From the NCBI GenBank assembly GCA_016208745.1, contig JACQXN010000006.1, forward strand, positions 67 through 64,066: 64,000 nucleotides of DNA. Reading direction: 5' to 3'. The translations under genes were made by a program, and so were the position numbers. Below the pieces are notes generated by a model. That model was not told the DNA's origin, made no database searches, and saw only the letters and a program-made list of their open reading frames with translations. Below are positions 57,465 to 64,000 of the stretch, in pieces; within the stretch, counting starts at the first letter, position 1, and every line of letters starts with the position of its first letter. Source of the stretch: Candidatus Portnoybacteria bacterium (GTDB taxonomy: Bacteria; Patescibacteriota; Minisyncoccia; Portnoybacterales; GWB1-42-6).

Positions 57465-58910
57465 TTATTGGCTTTCTTTACTCCGCATTGTTGGAAATAA
57501 GATCACTTCCCTTATATTAGAGTTATTTGTTAAAAGCTGAATTAATCTATCAATACCCATTCCCCAACCAGCAGCTGGCGGCATACCATATTCCAAAGCA
57601 TCAATAAAATCCTGGTCAAAACGCTGGATTTCTTCATCTCGCCCCATCTCTTGTTCTCTCATTCTTTTTTCCTGTTCTCGCGGATCATTTAATTCTGAAT
57701 ATGCATTAACTATTTCCATTCCGCCAATAATCAGTTGGAATCTAGCAACTTCTTTAGGATTTTCTGGCAGGCTTTTTGCCAATGGCGACATTTCCAAGGG
57801 ATGATTAATAACAAAAGTTGGTTGGATAATTTTTAGCTTAATGGTTTTGAAAAGCTCATCAATCATTTTATGACGCGGAGTATTTTTTTCTATTTTTTCT
57901 CCTGCCTTTTCCAGAGCGTTCACTAGCTCTTTCTCGTCTGCTTCTCCAATATTAATTTTATAATGCTCTGAAATTAAATCGCGCATTGAAATTCGTTTAA
58001 ACGGCGTGGCAAAATTAATTTTATTCTCCTGAAATTCTATCTCCAGCTCAGGCACTAAAAGATTGAACATTTTTTCGGTAAACTCCATTAATTGTTCGTA
58101 ATCAGCGTAGGCCCAATAAAATTCAAGCATTGTAAAATCGGGGTTATGAGATTTATCCATTCCCTCATTTCTAAAACAGCGGCCAATTTCGTAAACTTTC
58201 TCAAAACCGCCAACCAGCAATCTCTTTAAATAAAGCTCCGGCGCCACCCTTAAATACAAATCCATATCAAGCGCGTTAAGATGCGTTTTAAATGGCTTAG
58301 CTAGCGCTCCGCCAGGCAAAGGTTGCAAAATAGGCGTTTCTACTTCCATAAAACCTTCTGAATCAAGAAATTCACGCAGGCTTTTAATAATTTTACTGCG
58401 CATTAAAAAACACTCCTTAACTTCCTTATTCATCAATAAATCAAGATAACGCCTCCGGAATCTTTCTTCAACATCAGTTAAGCCATGCCATTTTTCCGGC
58501 AGCTGATTTAAAGATTTAGCCAGAATATTATATTTTTTTACTAACAAAGTCCGTTCGCCTTTTTGTGTTTTAAAAAGCGAGCCCTGCGCTTCAATAAAAT
58601 CTCCGACATCAAAATTATCAATAAAAAATTGGTAATCTTTATCGCCTATTTCGTCTTTTTTAAAATAAATCTGGATTTGAGCTGAAGCGTCTTCTAAATT
58701 AGCGAAAGTTGAGCCGCCATGCTCTCTAATAGAACGCAAACGACCAATTAAAATTATTTCTTTTCCTTCTTTTTCCAAATTATCAAAGCATTCTAAAACA
58801 TAATCTATAGATTTGCGCAAACCAGCCTTTATGGGAAAAGGGTTAATTCCAGCTGCTTTAATATTTTCTAACTTCTTTTGTCGGTCAGATTTTATTTTTT
58901 CCAACGACAT
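57465..58910 (-). CDS. lysS: lysyl-tRNA synthetase (class II)
   Basis: Anticodon-binding OB fold and class II motifs (..FRNEG.., GGMGIDRL). Confidence 0.95.
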   Translation of the reverse strand: MSLEKIKSDRQKKLENIKAAGINPFPIKAGLRKSIDYVLECFDNLEKEGKEIILIGRLRSIREHGGSTFANLEDASAQIQIYFKKDEIGDKDYQFFIDNFDVGDFIEAQGSLFKTQKGERTLLVKKYNILAKSLNQLPEKWHGLTDVEERFRRRYLDLLMNKEVKECFLMRSKIIKSLREFLDSEGFMEVETPILQPLPGGALAKPFKTHLNALDMDLYLRVAPELYLKRLLVGGFEKVYEIGRCFRNEGMDKSHNPDFTMLEFYWAYADYEQLMEFTEKMFNLLVPELEIEFQENKINFATPFKRISMRDLISEHYKINIGEADEKELVNALEKAGEKIEKNTPRHKMIDELFKTIKLKIIQPTFVINHPLEMSPLAKSLPENPKEVARFQLIIGGMEIVNAYSELNDPREQEKRMREQEMGRDEEIQRFDQDFIDALEYGMPPAAGWGMGIDRLIQLLTNNSNIREVILFPTMRSKESQ

Positions 58911-58913
58911 AAT

Positions 58914-59363
58914 TTATTTTATAGCTAGAATCTTATAGTTTATTTTTCCCTTAGGCGTCTCGACTTGAACCGTCTCCCCAACTTTATGACCTAAAAACGC
59001 CTTCCCTAAAGGCGACTCATTGGAAATTTTCCCTTCCGCAGGATTTGATTCTTCTGAACCAACGATGGTAAAGGTCTGTTTTCCCGCCTGAGAACTAACT
59101 TCAACTGTGCCGCCAATTTGAACAACAGAAGAACCCCCGTTTTTATTTATGACCATCGCATTTTTTAATACATCTTCCAACTCTAAAATTCTTCCTTCAT
59201 TAAATGCCTGGGCTTCTTTGGCTTGGAGGTATTCGGCATTTTCCGAAAGATCGCCAAGCGCTTTTGCCTCTTCCAGCCTTTTAGCAATTTCTTGCCTTTT
59301 TAATTTTAATTCTTCAACTTCCTTTTTTACTTGCTCTAATCCTTCTTTGGAAAGATACTTCAT
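58914..59363 (-). CDS. greA: transcription elongation factor GreA (start set at MKYLSKEG)
   Basis: Coiled-coil N-domain and C-terminal FKBP-like domain; the track start lies upstream inside the conserved promoter motif. Confidence 0.9.
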   Translation of the reverse strand: MKYLSKEGLEQVKKEVEELKLKRQEIAKRLEEAKALGDLSENAEYLQAKEAQAFNEGRILELEDVLKNAMVINKNGGSSVVQIGGTVEVSSQAGKQTFTIVGSEESNPAEGKISNESPLGKAFLGHKVGETVQVETPKGKINYKILAIK

Positions 59364-59465
59364 AAAATATAGAGGCGAATTTACGCTAAATAAATCCACG
59401 CAAATTTACGCCAAATTTTTTGCGTTATTCTGGCGTGTATTTCCTTGGCGTTATTTTGCTTCTAT
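59364..59465 (-). promoter_or_regulatory. greA upstream region with two AATTTACGC / GCGTAAAT repeats 25 nt apart plus a TTGGCGTT repeat
   Basis: Same motif family as the recA and rodZ-like upstream regions. Confidence 0.45.
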
Positions 59466-61385
59466 TTATTTAAAATACCAATTAAAAATTTCTTTAGCTA
59501 TTGGGACAGCAACAGATGAACCTTCGCCGGCGTCTTCCAACATAATAGCTAAAACAATCTTCGGATTATCGTAGGGCGCGAAGCCGACAAACCATGCATT
59601 TTCTCTTTCCTGCCCCGCAACCTGAGCAGTGCCTGTTTTGCCAGCGACCTTTACGGATAAATCGTCCAGAAATCTTGCCGAACCAGAAGTAACCGCCTCT
59701 CTCATTCCTTTTCTAATAACTGCTAGATTTTGAACACTAATAAAATTTTCCTTTAAAATCTGCGGCTCAAACACTTTGATATTATTTTTATCTGAATCCA
59801 CAATTTTGTCAACTAGCCTGGGCACAAAAAGTTTTCCACCATTGGCAATTGAAGCGATCGCGTTTGCCATTTGCAAAGGCGTCACCAACAAATCTCCTTG
59901 CCCAATTGAAACATGATATGTATCCCCGATAAACCACGCCTCGTTCTTTGTTTTTTCTTTCCATTCGGGATCCGGAATCAATCCGGCTTCTTCGGAAATA
60001 AAATCAATCCCGCTTTTTACGCCCAAACCAAAAAGTTCTAAATATTTCTTTATTCTTTCAACTCCCAGACCCTCAATCCCGCCATAACCCCCGCCTATTG
60101 TATAGAAGTAGACATTACAGGACTGGGCAATCGCTGAGTAAATATTAACTACCCCGTGAGCTTTCCAGTCAGGAAAATTATAAATAACATTAGGGTTGTA
60201 TTGATTAATAATTGAGATATTCCCCGAATCAAAAATAGTAGTGGAGGGCGTTACAATTTTTTCCTCAAGAGCAGCCGCGCCCAATAGCGGCTTAATAGTT
60301 GAACCAGAAGGATATTGACCAGAAACTACTCTATTGAACAAGGGCTTATCAGAATCTTTTAAAATCTTATCTAATTCTTCGGGCAAGGTATTCTGCTCAA
60401 AAACATTGCTGTCAAAGCTAGGAAAACTCGTCATTGCTAAAATATGCCCGTTATTTGGATCTAAAGCCACTGCTGCCGCTTTTGTTAAGTGTAGATCTTT
60501 GAGCTTTTGTGATATTGCCTGAAAAATTTTTTCCTGCAAATCCGAATCAATTGTCGTAACAATATTCTGGCCAGCTAGTTCCTCTTTTATTCCAAGCTCT
60601 TTGATTCGCTCGCCCAAAGAATCAACTTCTACTTGTTTTTCTCCAGCTTGCCCTCTTAATATTTCCTCATAAGAGGCTTCTAGCCCATTTTTGCCTATAC
60701 GTTCTATTAGAAAATAATCCGGAAACAGCTCAACTTCTTTCTGGGTAAGCCTGCCGGTATAACCTAAAATGTGGCTGGCCGCTTCGCTGAGCGGATATTG
60801 ACGAATAATGCTTTTTTCAATAGTTAGATAAGGAAAGTTGTCTTTCCTGGATTCCAATTCCAGAATTTTCTCTGGCGCCAGAGATGAGGCTAATAAAATG
60901 CGTTGGTTTTTTTCAAAATCGAAATTAATCAGTTCTTCATTAACTTTTTTTAGTTCCAAATCCAAAAGAAAACAGATTTGCTCAATCGCGTTATCCCTTT
61001 CTATTTTATTCTTTGGTAAATCTTGAGGCGTCAGCAAAACATCAAAACTCGGGAGATTATTAACCAGAGGTTTGAGATTTTTATCATAAATTAAACCGCG
61101 CGGTGCCAAAACTGGATAAATGCGCAGACTATTCCTTTTTGCTAAAACTAAGTAATTTTCGTTTTTAGTAATCTGAAAATAACCAGTTTGAAAAATTAAA
61201 ATTATAATAGTTATTAAAATAGCACCAAAAAAAGAGAGGAAAACTCTTTTCTTAATCGGGATTTCAAATCTTTGGTCTAAAAGATCAACTGATTTTTGGG
61301 CATCAAGCAAAACCTCTTCAGGTTCAATGCTTTCTTTAAAAGACCGCTGGACTTTATAATTTTTAAAACCGGGCCAAAAATCCAT
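59466..61385 (-). CDS. mrdA: penicillin-binding protein 2 (elongasome transpeptidase)
   Basis: SGSTIKP, SIN-like and KTGTAQ motifs; N-terminal TM helix. Confidence 0.9.
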   Translation of the reverse strand: MDFWPGFKNYKVQRSFKESIEPEEVLLDAQKSVDLLDQRFEIPIKKRVFLSFFGAILITIIILIFQTGYFQITKNENYLVLAKRNSLRIYPVLAPRGLIYDKNLKPLVNNLPSFDVLLTPQDLPKNKIERDNAIEQICFLLDLELKKVNEELINFDFEKNQRILLASSLAPEKILELESRKDNFPYLTIEKSIIRQYPLSEAASHILGYTGRLTQKEVELFPDYFLIERIGKNGLEASYEEILRGQAGEKQVEVDSLGERIKELGIKEELAGQNIVTTIDSDLQEKIFQAISQKLKDLHLTKAAAVALDPNNGHILAMTSFPSFDSNVFEQNTLPEELDKILKDSDKPLFNRVVSGQYPSGSTIKPLLGAAALEEKIVTPSTTIFDSGNISIINQYNPNVIYNFPDWKAHGVVNIYSAIAQSCNVYFYTIGGGYGGIEGLGVERIKKYLELFGLGVKSGIDFISEEAGLIPDPEWKEKTKNEAWFIGDTYHVSIGQGDLLVTPLQMANAIASIANGGKLFVPRLVDKIVDSDKNNIKVFEPQILKENFISVQNLAVIRKGMREAVTSGSARFLDDLSVKVAGKTGTAQVAGQERENAWFVGFAPYDNPKIVLAIMLEDAGEGSSVAVPIAKEIFNWYFK

Positions 61386-61869
61386 AAGTTTTCTTAGCGA
61401 TGATTAAAATGATTATGGCTAGTAAGGAATTTAGAATAAGTTCCGCAAGCCCAATTCTAAGTAAATTAAGCCAAGAGGGGATTTCTAATCCCAATCCAAA
61501 TAAATGAAAAACCTCCAATAAAATTATGTTTAATGCGCTGTATAGAAAACAAGCAAAAATGATAAGCGAAGCCTGACCGAATAAATCTGTGGTTTTGAAG
61601 ATATTTCGACCGATAAATTTAGCTGCCCAAAGGGTAAAAACAAAATTTAAAGCGTTAATCCCAAATGGCAGGCCCGAAAGAAAATCCATTAAAAGCCCGG
61701 CAACAAAAGCAAAAAATATAATAGATTTATCTTCTTTAATAATGGAGATAGATAAGATTGACGCCAGCAAGATGTTGGGGAAAACATTAAAAATAGATAA
61801 ACGGGGCACAATGCTTATCTGTAAAACCGCAAGAATAAACAAGAATAAAAAAATAGTTATTTTTCGCAT
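61363..61869 (-). CDS. mreD: rod shape-determining protein MreD
   Basis: 168-aa polytopic membrane protein between mreC and mrdA. Confidence 0.7.
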   Translation of the reverse strand: MRKITIFLFLFILAVLQISIVPRLSIFNVFPNILLASILSISIIKEDKSIIFFAFVAGLLMDFLSGLPFGINALNFVFTLWAAKFIGRNIFKTTDLFGQASLIIFACFLYSALNIILLEVFHLFGLGLEIPSWLNLLRIGLAELILNSLLAIIILIIAKKTYGFLARF

Positions 61870-61880
61870 TCTTTAAAAAA

Positions 61881-62690
61881 TCATTCGTTGCCCAAAATAA
61901 CAAAAACAGTTTCTATGTCTTTATAATTCACGGCTGGCTCAATCTTAAATCTTTGAAAAGCCTCGCTAGGCAAAGAAATTTTTGCTTCCGCCTTGCCAAT
62001 AATAAGGCCTCTGGGCAGATGTCCGTCAAGGCCAGAACTAATAATAATTTCTCCGGAGCTAATCTCTCTATCTGGCGGCACCATTTCCATAATCATGCCA
62101 ACGCCATGATCGCCCTTAGCTACACCGCCAGCTCTGCCCTCCTGCGTCAACGCGGACACCAGGGAGTTAGAATCTGTTAATGATAAAACTTCACTAAAAT
62201 TATCTTCTGTTTTCATCACTTTGCCGACTAAAAATCCTTCTCCAAAAATTACAGCCTGATTAATTTCCACCCCATCTTTGGCGCCTTTGTTTATTAAAAA
62301 ATATTGGCCTAAATTTCCTGGGTCAAAACCAATAATATCAGCCATCGCAATTTTTGATTTTAGAGGTGGCTTAATCTCCAGTTGCTGACGCAAAAGACTA
62401 TTTTCGTTTTCTAATTCGTAGACTTTCGCGGTCTTTAAGATAAGCTCCTGATTCTCTTTGGTTAATAACGTATTTTCTTTCGCCAAATCTTTTAAATTAA
62501 TGATAATTTTTAATCCGCCGGAAGTTTTCTGGCCCAAAAAAATAAACGGCTTTGATATTAAAGACGCGGACTTAAAAATAATCGTTTTCGGCAAAGCTAG
62601 CCAGCCAAAAGAATTAAAAAAAATCAGCAAAATAATTATTGCTGTAAAGCTAATTAGGAGATAAATTTTAGAAAAGTTTTTTTTAGGCAT
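61881..62690 (-). CDS. mreC: rod shape-determining protein MreC
   Basis: N-terminal TM helix, coiled-coil, beta-rich C-terminal domain; gene order mreB-mreC-mreD-mrdA. Confidence 0.85.
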   Translation of the reverse strand: MPKKNFSKIYLLISFTAIIILLIFFNSFGWLALPKTIIFKSASLISKPFIFLGQKTSGGLKIIINLKDLAKENTLLTKENQELILKTAKVYELENENSLLRQQLEIKPPLKSKIAMADIIGFDPGNLGQYFLINKGAKDGVEINQAVIFGEGFLVGKVMKTEDNFSEVLSLTDSNSLVSALTQEGRAGGVAKGDHGVGMIMEMVPPDREISSGEIIISSGLDGHLPRGLIIGKAEAKISLPSEAFQRFKIEPAVNYKDIETVFVILGNE

Positions 62691-62761
62691 CTAGGATGAT
62701 TATTGAATAAGAAGGTCTTAAAACTCTTAATTAATTTCGGCTAACCATAGATTACAGCCGG

Positions 62762-62962
62762 TTACAGAATACAGATAAGTATAGGTATATAGACACTTGG
62801 TCATTCGTTTAACGTTCATCGGTTGCGAAACTTGTATCGTTTAGCGTCAGGCGTTATTCGTCAAAAAGACGTAAAACCTAACCGCTTGGCGAAACGAGCC
62901 TCGTAACCTTAACCGCAAGACGGCATTTATCCGTATATCTGTATAAAATCTGTATTCTGTAG
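62762..62962. mobile_element. MITE-like element, about 201 bp, with terminal inverted repeats (TTACAGAATACAGAT.. / ..ATCTGTATTCTGTAG) inserted between mreB and mreC, abutting the mreB stop codon
   Basis: The terminal inverted repeats match the 95-bp copy at 18151-18245; the internal sequence differs. Confidence 0.55.
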
Positions 62963-64000
62963 CTATCTTGGCGGTTCCTGATATTGTGTTGAAACTAAAA
63001 CATTTTTCAGCGCGTCTACATCTTCCAAAACAATTCCGCAACCGCGAACAACAGCAGTTAAAGGGTCTTCTGTAATCTTGACAGGCATCTGCGTCTCTTG
63101 GGCGACCAACCTATCTAACCCCCTCAATAGACTTCCGCCGCCAGCCAAGATAATCCCACGTCCCATAATATCAGCTACTAATTCCGGCGGCGCCTCTTCA
63201 ATGGTTGAGCGCACAGCATTAACCAAGGTTTTAACCGAACGCTTCATCGCTTCCCTTATATGGTCAGAATTTACTATTACTTCTTTTGGCAAACCGGTGA
63301 TTAAATCCCGCCCGCGCATTGAGGTTTCTACTTTATCCTCAAGCGCAAAGGCTGAACCAATAGCAATTTTTATGTCTTCGGCTGTTTTTTCACCAAGCAA
63401 CAATTTAAATTCATCGCGGGCATATAAAATTATGTCCTCGTTTAGTTTGTCACCCGCAATTCGCAGGCTTCTGCAAACCACAACGCCCCCCAAAGAAATA
63501 ATAGCCACCTCTGTTGTGCCGCCGCCGATATCAACTACCATATTGCCGGCCGCCTCTTGAATAGGCAGGCGAGAACCAATTGCCGCAGCCATTGGCTCTT
63601 CAATCAAATAGACGTCTTTGGCGCCCGCGCTTCTCGTTGCGTCCTCGACTGCCCGCTTCTCAACCTCGGTAACACCCGACGGGACGCCAATCACCACCCT
63701 TGGACGGGATAGAAACTTTAAACTCTGCTTGCGAACTTGATTAATAAAATAGCGAAGCATCTGCTCGGCCACCTCAAAATCAGAGATTACTCCCTCAACT
63801 AAAGGGCGGCTCGCGACAATATGTGCAGGCGTTCGGCCAACCATTTTTTTGGCTTCATCGCCAACAGCTAAAATCTGACCGGTCTTCTGATTAACTGCCA
63901 CGACAGAAGGTTCGTTAATCACAATGCCGCGACCCTTAACATAGACCAATGTATTAGCGGTCCCAAGATCAATTCCTATGTCTCTTGAAAGTGAAGAAAA
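62963..64000 (-). CDS. mreB: rod shape-determining protein MreB (5' end runs off the window)
   Basis: Actin-fold motifs DLGTANTLVYVKGRGIV and DIGGGTTE; translation continues upstream to the window edge. Confidence 0.95.
   Translation of the reverse strand, partial: FSSLSRDIGIDLGTANTLVYVKGRGIVINEPSVVAVNQKTGQILAVGDEAKKMVGRTPAHIVASRPLVEGVISDFEVAEQMLRYFINQVRKQSLKFLSRPRVVIGVPSGVTEVEKRAVEDATRSAGAKDVYLIEEPMAAAIGSRLPIQEAAGNMVVDIGGGTTEVAIISLGGVVVCRSLRIAGDKLNEDIILYARDEFKLLLGEKTAEDIKIAIGSAFALEDKVETSMRGRDLITGLPKEVIVNSDHIREAMKRSVKTLVNAVRSTIEEAPPELVADIMGRGIILAGGGSLLRGLDRLVAQETQMPVKITEDPLTAVVRGCGIVLEDVDALKNVLVSTQYQEPPR

Noticed and set aside
62847-63041. 64-aa minus-strand ORF in the mreB-mreC spacer
   Set aside because: It lies within the MITE-like element and overlaps the mreB 3' end; no ribosome-binding site.

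Overview
Low-GC window with nearly all genes on the minus strand. By gene content it resembles a small-genome, CPR/Patescibacteria-like bacterium, which is an inference. Housekeeping genes recognisable from the translations are guaB, recA, a RodZ-like gene, ftsK, rpoC, rpoB, a rodA/ftsW-type SEDS gene, metK, dnaX, serS, lysS, greA, mrdA (PBP2) and mreDCB, plus an ABC-2 exporter pair, two GT4 glycosyltransferases, a CopB-like P1B ATPase, an ArnT/PMT-like glycosyltransferase and a VirB4/TraC-like ATPase. A 23S-5S rRNA operon on the minus strand spans about 19.3-24.8 kb with no 16S gene adjacent. The 23S gene is about 5.2 kb because it carries a group I intron with a LAGLIDADG homing-endonuclease ORF and several AT-rich intervening sequences; one of these encodes a 63-aa protein with a strong ribosome-binding site. 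The same palindromic AT-rich element family occurs inside the 23S gene and in intergenic DNA next to the VirB4-like gene, a second MITE-like family sits at the rodA start and between mreB and mreC, and a third hairpin family shows compensatory stem changes. Other features include a SAM-I riboswitch upstream of metK, a tRNA-Gln, an atypical 148-nt tRNA-like RNA gene, an rpoB reading frame broken by an apparent ~100-nt deletion, a MazG-like gene with an in-frame TAA, and conserved upstream motifs shared by recA, greA, the rodZ-like gene and guaB. No CRISPR array was seen.
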